From the human T2T-CHM13v2.0 reference genome, Homo sapiens: a stretch of 64,000 nucleotides of DNA. Below are positions 40,361-54,320 of this stretch, one piece after another (position 1 is the first letter of the stretch; each line of letters begins with the position of its first letter). The DNA lies in assembly GCF_009914755.1 (NCBI RefSeq), contig NC_060929.1; one strand, 5' to 3'. The notes beneath the pieces were generated by a model, which was given only the letters and a program-made list of their open reading frames with translations, was not told the DNA's origin and did no database searches. The position numbers and the translations under genes are program-made.

Positions 40361-41207
40361 CTGATACATAAAATAGAAGTGCATATACATGTGCTTCAGA
40401 TGGCCTACACAAAATTATTGTAGCATCATTGTTTTCTGTAGCTAAAAATGGGCAAAAATTCATCTAAATGCAAACATAAATATATTCTGGACTAGTCATG
40501 CATTAAAATGCTTAGGATCAGTTAGAATGAATCAAAAAGATCTACATGCAAAAGCACTCATAGATATCACAAAATTATACTGAGCAAAACATCCAGCTAC
40601 AAAATAATACATTTGATGTGATTTCATTTATAAAATTTAATAAACACTCTGTGATTGGGGACAATAGCACTAGAAATAGGGGGTTTGATTTTGTTCACTA
40701 ATTTCCTGAGCTTGAAGCTGTTATAGTTACTATCTTTCAGTCCTTTTAACCCTGACACATCATACCCTTGTCACCGTAGTCTTAATAGTTAAGACAAATG
40801 TGGCATGGGGCAGAAATTTAGGGCTGGTAGTAAGTAGAAAGATGTCTCCACTACATTTTCTAGTAGTAAAAACTGTGAGGCGACCCCTCTTGGGTGCTCT
40901 CCATTTCCCCTCTTCACTAGTTGCTAAGCTTGAAGACATAAACAGTATAGTTGGCTGATTAGCTTCATCTCCGTCTGTCTCATATTGCTGCCTTGCCTTC
41001 ACACATAGAAATTTGAGTTATTCTTACTGGCAGGATTTCTGGAAGAGACTCAGGGGCTATTCAATAGAGAAGTTGAAGTTGTTCAGCAGTGCCCATGGTT
41101 CTGTAGTTCTGTGGATACAATTAGTTGTGTGGGAAAAGTGTGAAAGTCCATCTGCCCACTTATCTAGCTACATTTTCCAACACAATGTTTTGCATTTTAT
41201 ATCTTTA

Positions 41208-41251
<44 letters not shown>
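41208..41251. repeat. (TATC)n tetranucleotide STR, about 11 units
   Basis: Direct inspection. Confidence 0.95.
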
Positions 41252-41439
41252 CATCCCATCTGATCTGTCTATCTAACCTATCTATCTATCTTGGTTTGAT
41301 TTGTATATATGTTTCTTCATAGGTTTTGAATTTAGAAAATTTTAACTATAGAGTAATTATCACCTTTTTATACTCCACACCAGGAAAGATTAATATATCA
41401 AGAATATAATCATTTTTATGGATAGCGATGGACAAAAAG

Positions 41440-42500
41440 GGATGGAGGTTGTAAAGATGCCTGATTACATTAGTAATCAAGGATATGTGGCCCTTCCCTC
41501 CAACATAATAAAAAGAGATTTTATTTTACAACCACCAGAATACAAACATTTAAACGGATGCAAGAGTGCATGAGAATGTGATGAAATGGGAGGTAATGAT
41601 GGAAGTAAATAAGCAGAATTTTGGAGGGCAATTCAATTGGCAATGTGAAGTGCATTTGAATAGGAACGTAACCTTTAACATCTAGGCATATGTTGCTAAT
41701 AACCCACTACATGTACGTGCTTGAGAAGACACAGGTAGTAATGTCTCTCACAGCTCACAGTAATAGTGAATAATCGAACCAACTAAAATGCCCATGATGG
41801 ATAATTGGATGTTCATACAATGGTGTATTGCAAATGAGTAAATTACAGCCTTATCTACCATTTTTAAATAAAAACTGTATATAACATTTACTAAATAGAA
41901 CAGAAGGATATGTGATAATAAAAAGTAAATATTTATTTCAGTTTTTACTCTGTGTTGAGTATATTCTAACTGCTAACTCACCACACACAACAACTTGTTG
42001 AAATAAGTATTATCATCTCCATTATACAGATGCGAAAAATGAGACACCAGAAGGCTAAGAGTCTTCCCCAGGATCACACATGGCAAGCATGTGGAAGAGT
42101 GGATACTGAATAAATCTTGGTATTCCAGATATTAGGTTTTAAACTGGAAATCTCCATTGCATTTTATTACTTACACAATACTTATAATAAGGCATCATTT
42201 ATATAAAATACAGAAACATAAAGTACAATGTTCTATATTGCAATGAATATAAACATATACAGTAATAATCATGTATACGATATAAGAAAAAGTGAGAAGA
42301 GTAGTTAAATCTAGAAAACAAGAAACAAAATTAGCATTGGGATTATAAAGATGACTTCAGTATTATGTGGTATAATATTCCCTAAAATTCCTTGAGGCAA
42401 ATATAAGAAAGTTTTAAGATACTATATAAATGGTTGAGAGATAGTTTTTTACATATATATTTTACTGTTTTATTTCTGTGAAAAATATTTTATAAGATAC
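41440..42500 (+). mobile_element. Old L1ME 3' remnant with a MIR (~41950-42135, minus) inside
   Basis: L1 3' motifs (gtaatcaaggatatg, aactaaaatgcccatgatgga); MIR core tatcatctccattatacagatgcgaaaaatgagacac. Confidence 0.55.
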
Positions 42501-42756
42501 TTTTACAAGAAAGTTAAATATTAGCAATGAAAGACTGAACATTTTATTTTACTCAATCCTCCTGAGGAAAACTAGAAACCTGCAGACACAAAAAATAAAA
42601 ATAAAAAAACCTATCATTTGGAAGTCATCAGATATCCCCTAAGTCAGTGAGATATTGTGGTGGAGAATCTTGGGGAGGAGGTAGAGAATCAAGAGACTGG
42701 CATTTAGAGCGAATTTTCCCTTTGATCTGATTGTCAGTTTTTAAAGTTGTGGCTAA

Positions 42757-43221
<465 letters not shown>

Positions 43222-44448
43222 TGAATATAATAATTCAACAACTGAATAAAAATGGATGACTCTAGAATTCTATCATAGTATTAGAGAAAATGCCTATCAC
43301 ATAATGTGTGCTATTCTTTCTCTTAACTTAAAAAAAAAAAATAAACTTTCCCTTAACCCTATTTCTGCTCTTGCAATTGTTCCTTTATTCTGTTCCTCTT
43401 CATAGCGAAACTATTTAAAGCAACTATCTGTAAGTCTTTGTCAGCAATTCCTTTTAAACATACTTTAATCAGGCTTTTAGCCTGAGCATTCTATCAAAAC
43501 TGCCTTTGTCTAAGTTACCAGTGACCTCCAGATTCCTAAATCTAATGGTCAATTCTCAGTGTTCATTTTACTTGATACCTTGACAATATCTAGAATACTA
43601 CATATGTATTAACTCGTTAATCCAGAAGTTCACTTTGTAAACTTACTGTAAACATAAACATCTGAAAATATGACAGTATTATATGCATGAATGTATTCAT
43701 TGCAACATTAATAGTGCTTGCAAAGTATTCTAAATAAACTAACTGTCCAAGCATAGAAGATTAGGTAAATTAATGATGGTGCCTACACAAAATAAAGTAC
43801 TATTAAGCTGTAAAATAAAGAAAGAGGAATAGCTCTATAAATATATATGGACTGATTCCTGAGAAACATTAACTGAATAAGAGCAACGTGCAAAGGAACA
43901 TTTGCATCTGCTTATATTTACAAAAATATTAGAAAAATGAATAAACCATAAACAGATAAAATGGGTCAGGGAAAGTGACAGGAGAAAGCAATCGGGGAAA
44001 AAATAACAGCACTCTGAAAATTCCACTTTGTGTAGTTTTGGCCTTTGAGAGAATGTAAGTATTTTTTCATATTCAGAAAATCAAATCAAATTAACAAAAA
44101 TGAGAAGAAGAGGAAAAGAACACCTAAAACTGAAAGTAAATTATAATAAGTTATAGCAGTTCTATTTTGAGAAAATAACCATTCAGAAAAAAAAATAATA
44201 ATAAAGGATTAATCCAAGTAATTTATCGTTAGAATATTTCATGATATACACTTCATCTTGAATGTAGTTGGGTTGGTATTGAGGAAACTACAGAATCTCA
44301 ACTCCTTGTATTTTTACTTTTGTAACAGAGGCATCAGTTATAGTTATACTACAGAAGTGAATAAAAAAGGAAAAGTGGTAGTATCATTTAGAGCCAAGTT
44401 TTTCACTTTGACAAAAAATACACACACAAAAAAAGAGAGAGAGAAAGA

Positions 44449-44450
44449 TG

Positions 44451-44498
<48 letters not shown>
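44449..44498. repeat. (TA)n(TG)n compound microsatellite
   Basis: Direct inspection. Confidence 0.95.
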
Positions 44499-44499
<1 letters not shown>

Positions 44500-44857
44500 T
44501 TGTATACATATATGTATGAAATACATACATTTCTTTTGCCCTTACCTTTATCTGCTGAAGGGACCCAGAAAAAGATAAAAAATTATTAATGAACAAATCT
44601 AGGGCTGTAATACTATTTCCCACTAAAGTAGGCTGGGGCAAGATAGGAACAAGATGAACCTGAAATATTTTGTTATGCTAATTGTAGGGAAGTTCTTATA
44701 AAAAGAATAGGCACATGTTACAATGACATAGGAACCAGGCAGAGAGGTTTATGCTGATCAAACATAGTATAATTTGAATGCCCAAATCACTGTAAGTACA
44801 GTAATAATTTATAAATGATTGAAAAGTTGAGAATGCCAAATATAGAGAGATGAATAC

Positions 44858-44903
<46 letters not shown>

Positions 44904-44942
44904 GCAGATGATAGATAACAGATGATAGATAGAGAGATAGAT
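44858..44942. repeat. (GATA)n STR, about 10 perfect units plus a degenerate tail
   Basis: Direct inspection. Confidence 0.95.
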
Positions 44943-46907
44943 GTAAAAAGAGAGGGCCTTTACTTACAGTGGAAGGTGCAGTGTGAATGGTAAATGTGGA
45001 ATAAGTGCTGGAGTCAGAAATCCATCATTTTGCAACCTCCATTTTAAAGATAGGACCAGGAAAAAATTGACAATGCATGCTAAACCCCAGGGGAAATTTT
45101 GATGTGGAGTAGGATATTTCCATGGTCCTAAAAGAGCTACTGTGAGATTGCTTATTAGTTGTATAGGACTGAAATGGTGCCAATAAAATGGTGAAATAGG
45201 AAAACAACTTGAATGGATTATCAAAGTTAATATGCCAGGAAAAGAGATAGATGGATACGTGCCTCCAGAAATCATATACTGAGGAGGAAATGACATCACT
45301 TATTACTCCAGCTGGAAATGCATAATCTGAGTGTAATCATGGAGGAATCTCAGGCAAACCAAAAGTGAAGAATATTCTATGAAAATAGTGGCAGGGGAAT
45401 GGTGAATTTTTCAAAAATATCAATTTCATAAGAGGTACAGAAAGGCCATTGTAATTACTGCAAAATAAACAAAGGAAAATGACATGATACAAAAGGCAAT
45501 ACCTGACTCTAAAGCTGATCCTGTGCTTGGTCAATTGACAAAACAAGACTATTGATATTAGATCAGATAAATATTATATTGTATTTAATTAATGACTTCC
45601 AAACTTTTACTGTAATAATATGAGAATAACCCTCTTCTAGGAAAAAAAAAAGCACACTGAAGCATTTAGGAGTAAAGATAAAGAGCCATGCTCTATGCAA
45701 GTTACTCTCAAATGAGGAATCGTTCACTGACGTACTTAGTGATCCCTGAATATGCCAGACTGGCTCTCACATCAGGCCCTCTCCATTTGCTGCTCCTTAT
45801 GTAAGGAAACACTACTCCCGAACATGCATCAGATATGTTTCCTTACATCTTTCAAGTGTTTACTCAAAGACCTGCATCCTTCTGAGAGTCATTCTCTGTT
45901 TAAAGTTTCCAGTCCCCCAAACACACTGCCAACTTCACATTTCTCTACAATGCTTATCATCGTTTAATGCAGTGTTCATTAATTTATTCATCTTTTTCCA
46001 ATTTCCCATGATAAAATGCAAGCTTCAAGATAGCATGGATTTTTATATTCAGTTTGTTCTTTCCTATTGACCCATCTCCTTGAACACTGCCTCATTATAA
46101 TAGGTGCTCAATAAAGACTTCTTTGATTTAAGATCTCCACCTTGGTTTCATTTGATATTTAGAATAAAATAATCTATGAATATTGTTTCTACCATTACCT
46201 AGAATAAACTTTATATGAGTAATAGCAGTGATCATTTTGTCTATTGTATTTTAATGAGTCGTATCTGGAATAGGTTAATATAATGCTACAGAAAGTGAAA
46301 AATGTCCACTTAGCTGTGAATCCTGAATACAAGGATCATAATGCTGAATAAAATAATTCTGAATTAAAGGCTTTATGATCCGGAAAGGTTTTATTAGCAT
46401 ACTATTTTACCTCTTAGAAACAAATGATTTCACTCCTGCTAGAAGTAGTAAATGGAAGAATTCACTGGTTTATTCTCATGGATATTTCTTCTCTCCTTCA
46501 CTTAATGCACCTGAGGTGCTGCTGATAAGCAGAAATGAAATTCGACAAATATTCTTTAATTTATTTTTGCTTTTCAAGTGTGCAAAACACAGGCTCAAAT
46601 CAGAAAGCCAGAAACCTTGTTATGATGTCAAAATAGGAATGAAATTAGAAGAGAGCATTTTTAGACAAAATATACATTTGTATGTGAGCATAAGTATTAA
46701 ACCTCTGAGTAACAAATTAGCAGATTTCATGCCCTCTTGGAAGAACAATTGCATTATATTAGTCATTGATTTGGATAACTTTGACTTACCAACTGTTAAG
46801 TGCATAGGGGATTTTAGTAAACAAAACAAGTACTGTTTATTCCCTCAGTGAGGTTACTACATCACAAAGACATGGATTCAGTAATTCATTTAGAAATGTT
46901 GATATTG

Positions 46908-47180
46908 ACTCACTTGTTTAGTTTTGCTTTTGTTGTGTGTGCTTTTGGTGTCAAATCCAGAAAATCATTGACTAGACCAATGTCAAGTTTTCTGCTGTTT
47001 TCTTCTAGGAGTTTTAAAATTGCACATCTTACATTTAATTATTTAATATATTTAGAATGTATTTTTGTGTATGTTGTAAAACAAGGATTTTACTTTTTAT
47101 TTTATTTTTTCAAGTGGGTATCCACTTTTCCCAACACCTTACACTAAACAGTCTTTTTCCTCATTGTGTATTTCTGATAT
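46908..47180 (-). mobile_element. L1M ORF2 3' fragment
   Basis: ttttgcttttgttg...tgcttttggtgtcaaatccagaaaatcattg..agaccaatgtca. Confidence 0.8.
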
Positions 47181-47287
47181 GCAATAGACAAAATGAGATG
47201 TAAATTTCTGGTAAGCATGCCATTGATATATGAGCTAGTCAACTTGAATTACAACATAAAAATGGGACCTCTAGAGGTAATCTATGG

Positions 47288-47582
47288 AGATTGGGGAGAT
47301 GTTGATCAAAAGATACAAAATATCATTAGGCAAAGGAATAAATTCAAGAGATCTATCATACAACATGGTGACTATAGTAATTAACAGTGTATTGTATACT
47401 TTAAAATTGCTAAGGAAGTAGATTTTAAGTGTTATTACCACAAAAAAGGTAAGTATGTGAGGTGATGCATATAGTAATTAGCTCAATTTAGCCATTCCAT
47501 AAGGTATACACATATTAAAACATCACATTATACATTATAGAAATGTAAAAATGTATATTAACTTAAAAATATTTTTAAAAAG
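47288..47582 (+). mobile_element. L1MA 3' UTR end
   Basis: ggaataaattcaagagatcta...aaaattgctaag..agtagattttaagtg. Confidence 0.8.
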
Positions 47583-48429
47583 TAATACTAACAAGAAACA
47601 GATCACAACAGATGCTATTTTATTTGAAATAAAAATTCTGCCAATTCAGTGATGAAAAAATTCCAGGTTGTAGTTTGATTTGTTAGAAAATATGCTACTG
47701 AATAGAAAGAACATTCTGGTATTTTCTATCCTGTAGGACAGTGTTGTGTTGCAGTTAAAATCTAATTGAATGGGGCTGAGAAGGTGAATGAGAACATTCC
47801 TAATACAAATAAGCACTTCAGAATATACCTGACAGATTGTAGCATGCATGGCATATGCAAATATACTTCTAAGATTCAGGGTGTTCGTGTTAATTGTGTG
47901 ATCTTCAAGTTTCACAAGAGAGTGTGAATTGGGTAGAGTTTATTCATTTTGGAAATGCTTAAGAGAAATAAACTACCACGACATGCACAATATGTATCCC
48001 AGTAGCAACAGAGGAGTTCACAAAAAAAGTACAAGGTCTAAACTCACCATTATGCCCAGGAACCTGACGTACATTCTGGCTAAAATCGTCTATCTCTCTA
48101 AAGGTAATGTTTCATCTTTAAGATGACTTCCTTAGTTACACAGTACCTGGATTTATGGCTTATAAAGACACTATGCGCAGTGCTAGACTGAATTTTTCAT
48201 GTTATTATTTGTATTTAGAATAGAGGTCACTGCTGCATTCACAAAAATTGCAGCTTCTGATGGTTTGGCTATGAGAAAATCAGTGTCCATTATCAGATAG
48301 TATATCTCTGAGAAACAGAGCCTGAAAATAAGTTAGGATTGTATGTCATGTAAATAAGTAGACATATAGTTTGTATATGTATACACATGCATGCATATAT
48401 TGGCGAGGGGAAGCTTAACTTTTAGTATT

Positions 48430-48785
48430 AATTGTTGCTCACAAGGCTGTGGGTTAGCTGGGCTCACTCACATGTTTGCAGTCAATCCTGGGTCAGATAT
48501 GCAGGTCTACTGATCTACATTGTACTGTCTGTTATTTGAGGTTCCTCTGGATTTCAGTTAATTCAGGACAATCATGCCTAGGTCCGCTTGGTCTACTAGC
48601 GTTTCTCCATGTGGTGTTTCATCTTGCAGGCAATCCCGTACCACTCATTTTTATGTGAGCAGAATTGCAATAGAGACGAGAAAAACAAAAAGGTCTGGAA
48701 CCTAGGCACAGAACAAGCCTATCATCAGTTCCACTACACTCTGTTGGCCAAAGAAAGTCACAAGGCTAGCTCTGATTTAAAAACT
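48430..48785 (-). mobile_element. Old MLT1 (F/G/H-like) LTR fragment
   Basis: ctgggctcactcacatg; ctgttggccaaagaaagtcacaaggctagc. Confidence 0.55.
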
Positions 48786-49794
48786 CCTCAGCTCTAAATA
48801 GTATTTTCGTAGAAAGGACCACTCCACACTTACTATCCTGTCATTTTGTTGAATTCTCTGATCAGCATGTGTAACTGTGAGAAGCTTGAATGATTACTTC
48901 TATGTTTTGTTTATGCTTATTATCTATCTTCCCAGAGGAGAACTTTTTCCTTTTAAGGGTTTCTCCTATTAAGGGTTTTGTCCATTGTTTTAACCCCAGC
49001 AAGTTCAATGGCTCTGGGAGGGTTCATATGTTGTTGAACTCCAACAAGTGAACTGTTTCACATCCAGGATTGAAAAGGCAGAAGGCGGGATAAATAAAAC
49101 AAAGCTAATTTTATCATATTTATGAGCATATGTAAAAGCATCCAAAATGAGGTAATATGCATCTTAACATGCCAGTTCACCAGTTTATTCATTATTAGCA
49201 GAAAATTTAAAAAAAAAATAAGCCCTAAATAGTAATTTATTCAATAAGCAAATTATTCATTATTACATAGATCATGAAAGTTTTTATTTTTTACACGCTC
49301 ATTTTAGGAAATAAAGCTAGATTTGTTAACTGTGAATTTTATTCTACTGCCTGTGCTTTATTGTACAGGGAAAATGAAATAAATTATCCACCTTAAATGA
49401 AGGAATATATTAATAAATTGTGATCACTTCTATTCTGTGAATCATCTCTTTTGCATTGTAAAAAAAATTAACGTCTCTCCCTACCCTGAATAATTTATGT
49501 ACTTTCCTCAGTCTTTGCAGTAGCATAATAAATGTACTATATTCCCGGCAAGTTGACGATTCAATTCATAAAGCATAAAACATTTTTTAAGTGAGTTACC
49601 AGGTTGATAATTCTAAGTCATTCACCTACTAATTATCAACTAGGCTGTCATTCAAGTCATGCAATCTAAACCTTTTTCAGTTATCTGACTGATCTCTCTG
49701 CATTAGATTTTCATCAAAGATTACCAAGCAAGTATAATTCTTAATTTTTTTTGATTTCTCTAAAAAAGAGAGCTTCTGTTTCGTGAAGGCTTAA

Positions 49795-50040
49795 GACCTA
49801 GTGTCTAAAGGTAGATTCTCAGAGTCCTTATTCTGTTCTCTACCTTTAATAGTTATATGAATTTGGGCAATAATTTTTTTCTCTAAGGCACAGTTTCCTT
49901 ATACATATGATGAGGCTAGGAAAGATTTTTAGTGTTGTAGGGTTGATAGAGTGATTAAGTAATGCAATTATTATAAATTGACCTGGACTGTATGTATCAC
50001 ATAGATATTTATAAGAAATATATAAATTTAGTTATTAATA
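49795..50040 (+). mobile_element. MIR
   Basis: ttgggcaataa...ctctaaggcacagtttccttatac. Confidence 0.55.
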
Positions 50041-50581
50041 AGTAGAATTTATAATTCATCAATTAAAAGGTAAATATTCTTTCATTAATATCAGGAATAC
50101 ATGTTGATTGTAATATTATTTCCTATAATTGATAATTTTCAAGGTGAGAAATTTCAATATTTAATTTGATTGCAATAGAAACATGAAATGATGAAAAAGA
50201 GTATTACATACTGCATGATTTTTTCTCTCCCAACACAGATACGATGAAACCATAAACATATTTTCGCTTCATTTTTTAAAGAACTCAACCCAAAGCAAAG
50301 CTCGTGTTAAATGCAAATAAATGTTGTTAGTAAAATCCAGGCAATGAAAAGTTATGGAAACTGCTAACACAGATATACATAAGTGAATCCTGGGTTTCTT
50401 TCACTAAATGAACTACTGCAGATGTCAAATGGCTGAGATGGCAGAAGTTCGCTTTGATGTGGCCATTGAAGTAAATAAATAGATAAAACAAAACAGAGGT
50501 GTTATTCTCTTGTGTAGGGTAGACGTCTACTCTGCAAAATAAGCTATTTCCTATCCAAATTACAGTTTTACTTGTTAGCTC

Positions 50582-51275
50582 TTTTTTTGTTTTAATATAT
50601 ATATTTTTTATTATACTTTAAGTTCCAGGGCACCTGTGCACAACATGCAGGTTTGTTACATATGTATACATGTGCCATGTTGGTGTGCTGCACCCATTAA
50701 CTCCTCATTTACATTAGGTATATCTCCTAATGCTATCCCTCGCCCCTTTCCCCACCCCACAACAGGCACCGGTGTGTGATGTTCCCCTTCCTGTGTCCAA
50801 GTGTTCTCATTGTTCATTTCCCACCTATGAGTGAGAACATACGGTGTTTGGTTTTTTGTCCTTGCGATAGTTTGCTGAGAATGATGATTTCCAGCTTCAT
50901 CCATGTCCCTACAAAGGACATGAACTCATCTATTTTTATAGCTGCATAGTGTTCCATGGTGTGTATGTGCCACATTTTCTTAATCCAGTCTATCATTGTC
51001 GGACATTTGGGTTGGTTCCAAGTCTTTGCTATTGTGAGTAGTGCCGCAATAAACATACGTGTGCATGTGTCTTTATAACAGCGTGATTTATATTCCTTTG
51101 GGTATATACCCAGTAATGGGATGGCTGGGTCAAATGGTATTTCTAGCTCTGGATCCCTGAGGAATTGCCACACTGTCTTCCACAATGGTTGAACTAGTTT
51201 ACAGTCTCACCAACAGTGTAAAAGTGTTCCTATTTCTCCACATCTTCTCCAGCACCTGTTGTTTCCTGACTTTTT
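50582..51275 (-). mobile_element. L1PA (L1PA4/5-like) 3' end, 5'-truncated
   Basis: Near-consensus ttatactttaagtt...acattaggtatatctcctaatgctatccc; ORF 50814-51185 is the ORF2 C-terminus (PFDPAIPLLGIYP...TWNQPKCP). Confidence 0.95.
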
Positions 51276-51753
51276 CAAGAAACATAGTCAGGAAGTTCTG
51301 TATAGCAGAGAGCACAGGGAAGGAAGAGTTTTATTGCAGAGGCCCGTAACTGCAGGAGAGGGTCAGAGAAGCAGAGAACAGGGAAGATAAGCTACTAAAC
51401 CAAGATCTGCAGCAGTATAGCCCGGAAAGATCACAGGGTGTGCAGACAGCAGGGAAAAGCAAGAGCGATGGAAAGAACTTAAAGCAAGACCTCAAGAGCA
51501 CTAACATAGAAGGGGAAATTACCAAGAAGGGACAGGAAACTACGACTATTCACAGAATGACGGAGAAACATTAAAAACTCTAGTAATAACACTGATAAAG
51601 TAGGTATCAATTTACTAAAGAGGACAGTTAGTATCAACATGGAGATGTAAATGAACAAATGAAGCCATTCCTATAAATTAGCCACTGGAATCTGTGAAAT
51701 CAACAGAAGATGTTACTTAACAAGATGACAGGTGTTAGTTCAGTACTAGTTTA

Positions 51754-52136
51754 TGATATGGTTAGGCTTTGTGTCCCCACCCAAGTCTCATCTTGAATTG
51801 TAATCCCCATAATTCCCATAATCCCCACGTGTCAAGGGAGAGAGCAGGTGGAGGTAATTGAATCATGGGAGCTACTTTCCCTATGCTCTTCTTGTTATAA
51901 TGAGTTCTCATTAGAGCTGATGTTTTTATAAGGCACTCTTCCCCCTTCACGAGGCACATCTCCTTCCTGCCACCTTGTGAAGAAGGTGCCTTGCTTCCTC
52001 TTTGCCTTCTACCATGATTGTAAGCTGCCTGAGGTCTCCCTAGCCATGCTGAACTGTGAGTCAATTAAACCTCTTTCCTTTAAAATCACCCAGTCTCTGG
52101 CAGTTCTTTATAGCAGTATGAAAATGGACTTATACA
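51754..52136 (+). mobile_element. THE1D-like solo LTR
   Basis: tgatatggtt...gtccccacccaa...caattaaacctctttcc...tataca; TSD gttta/ggtta. Confidence 0.9.
51855..51865 (+). promoter_or_regulatory. DUX4-type motif TAATTGAATCA in the THE1 LTR
   Basis: Exact match to the double-homeobox motif known from THE1/MST LTRs; activity not shown. Confidence 0.45.
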
Positions 52137-52185
52137 GGTTATGAATTCCCATTTAATAAAGTAGGATTGGTACAAAGAACAATCC

Positions 52186-52260
52186 TATCCTATCCATCCA
52201 TCCGTCCATCCATCCATCCATCCATCCACCCATCCTTTTATCCTTGTATCCATCCATCAT
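52186..52260. repeat. (CCAT)n simple repeat
   Basis: Direct inspection. Confidence 0.85.
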
Positions 52261-52364
52261 CAGTTGATAGTAGATGAATCAGTCTAACAATCATTCATTA
52301 AGTATCTAACACTGTGCTGAATATTCGGGATATGCACATGACAGGCATTTTATATTTTAAAACA

Positions 52365-52626
52365 TACAGCTAGGTTCTGGTGTTCTATAGCACAGTAGGG
52401 TGACTGTAGTTAGCAATAATATAGTGTGTATTTTAAAATGGATAGAAGAGAGGATTTTGAGTTTTCTCACTACAAAGAAATGACAATGATTTTCTGATGA
52501 TGGATACCCTAATTACCCTGATTTGATCATTATACAACATACACATGTATTGAAACCTCACACTGTTTCCATAAATATATATATATAAAAATTAATCATG
52601 TGTCAGTTAAAAACTAAAACTTAAAA
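52365..52626 (+). mobile_element. L1MA 3' UTR end
   Basis: ttctatagcacagtagggtgact...taattaccctgatttgatcatta. Confidence 0.8.
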
Positions 52627-53665
52627 TATTTATTTGTATTTTTTAATTCTGGCTATATAGATTTATTAATAATGTTGAAAACTAACTTGAATTTAGTCAT
52701 CTGTTATTTAAAGTTCAATTATGAACTCATTTTTAGCAGAAATGCTTAATGTGCAGACTCAGTTACACAGAAGTTTAACGTACTTACTGCCTATTCAGAA
52801 TTATACTAAACATTTCATTATTGAGTATAACATTGTAGAGATGCTAGTTGGAATAGGGATATTCTTTTGGCAACTAATATTCATAATTACCGTAAAATAA
52901 TTTCACTCTAAGTCCCTTAATCAACTATTTATTAAAAAGTATATTAAGGAATATAATTTTCTAAATACTGGTGTAATTTCTGTATGTGTATATGTATACA
53001 TTTAACCAGAAACAATTCTCATGTTACAAAAATAACAAACTCTAAATTACATCTCTAAACTTACTATTGCTGTCTTTTTAAAGTTGGTGTTCATAGAAAA
53101 AGTGAAAAAGCCATTATTATCACAAAATATTCTGAAGAGAGTTCTGACATATGTTATGATTTAATAACATTTGTAAATAATATCAAAGGCCTAATGTATC
53201 ATTCTCTTTTTATTTATAAATTATCCATTCAAATCTGTATAAGACATGAAAGTGTTTTAATGCACCATTATCACATATAATTTTGTGAACAAAAAATATC
53301 TTAGAAATAACAATGTGAAAAGATGCAAGCAAATATTAAAGTTACAGTAAATATTATTTAATTATATGCCTGTTTCTACATATTCCACTAAATATCAACA
53401 AATCTTTACTGATGGTGATGATAATTCTATGCTTGGCTGACAATGGAAAGTAGGATAAATTAAAGTAAAAAAAAAAAACCTAAAAACAAAGTTATAAATT
53501 ATCCATAAAACCAATATTACCTATCTGACATTGCTGGTTAAAGTACCATTAAAAATTCCTTAAGCAGTTAACATTTTACTTTTATTTGCCTCCCTGTTGA
53601 GTAATCACCAAAAAAGGTGACACCATTTTAACTAAACATAAATAATCCTAGTTTGACTTAGTGAT

Positions 53666-54119
53666 TGGGGTGGTTAATGTTATGTGTAAACATGCATAGG
53701 CCACAGTACTAGATATTTGGAAATACCAGTCTAGATGTTGCTAAGAAGATATTTTAGATGAGATTAAAATTTAAATCAGCAGGCTTTGAGTAAAACACAT
53801 TAAGCTCCATAATGTGGCTGACCCTCATCTGATCAGTTACAAGCCCTTAATCAAAACGAAAATGAGGTCCTCCGAGGAAGAGGAAGTTCTGCCTCTAGAG
53901 ATTTCTTCAGACTGCAGCTATAACATCTGCTCCTTCTTTGGTCTTTAGCCTCTTGGTCTGCAGTGTGACGTTTAGACTTGCAGGCTTCAAAATGACAAAA
54001 TCAATTTATTTCCTTGAAATAAATCTCTCTCTCTCTTTCTCTCTGTGTGTGCCTGTGTGTGTGTGTAAAATACATATACCTTGTTGCTTCTGTTTATCTG
54101 AAGAACTCTGATTAATACA
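53666..54119 (+). mobile_element. MLT2D-like LTR
   Basis: tggttaatgttatgtg...ggccacagtact.agatatttgg...ctagatgttgct; ends attaataca. Confidence 0.8.
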
Positions 54120-54146
54120 GTAAATGTAGATAAATTATTGGTTATT

Positions 54147-54320
54147 CTTTTAAACAACTTTATTGAGATGTAATTGATTACAAAGAACTGTTCATATTTA
54201 ATGTGCACAATTTGATGACCTTGGACATATTCAAACACCCGTGATACTGTCACCACAATCAAGGTAATAGATATACCCGATATCTCTCAAAGTTTCCTTG
54301 TGTCCCTTTGTTTTGTTTTT
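54147..54320 (-). mobile_element. L1MB/MC 3' terminal fragment
   Basis: aactttattgagatgtaatt...caccacaatcaaggtaat. Confidence 0.7.

Larger units (their letters stand above)
43615..45715 (+). mobile_element. L1MC4/5-like 3' end with long 3' UTR
   Basis: atgtattcattgcaacatt; catcattttgcaacc; cacactgaagcatttagg...gcaagttactctcaaatg. Confidence 0.65.
43340..46125 (+). mobile_element. L2 (43340-43590 and 45735-46125) split by an L1MC 3' UTR
   Basis: aagttaccagtgacctcc...aatggtcaattctcagtgttcatttta; terminal taggtgctcaataaa. Confidence 0.7.

Noticed and set aside
46908-47582. Opposed L1 fragments as a twin-priming inversion
   Set aside because: Separated by ~100 bp of unrelated sequence, with no shared TSD visible
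50814-51185. 123-aa ORF as a gene
   Set aside because: C-terminus of L1 ORF2 in a 5'-truncated copy with no promoter
51300-51560. Purine-rich, higher-GC stretch resembling an exon
   Set aside because: No convincing splice sites or recognisable protein; may be an old L2-like remnant
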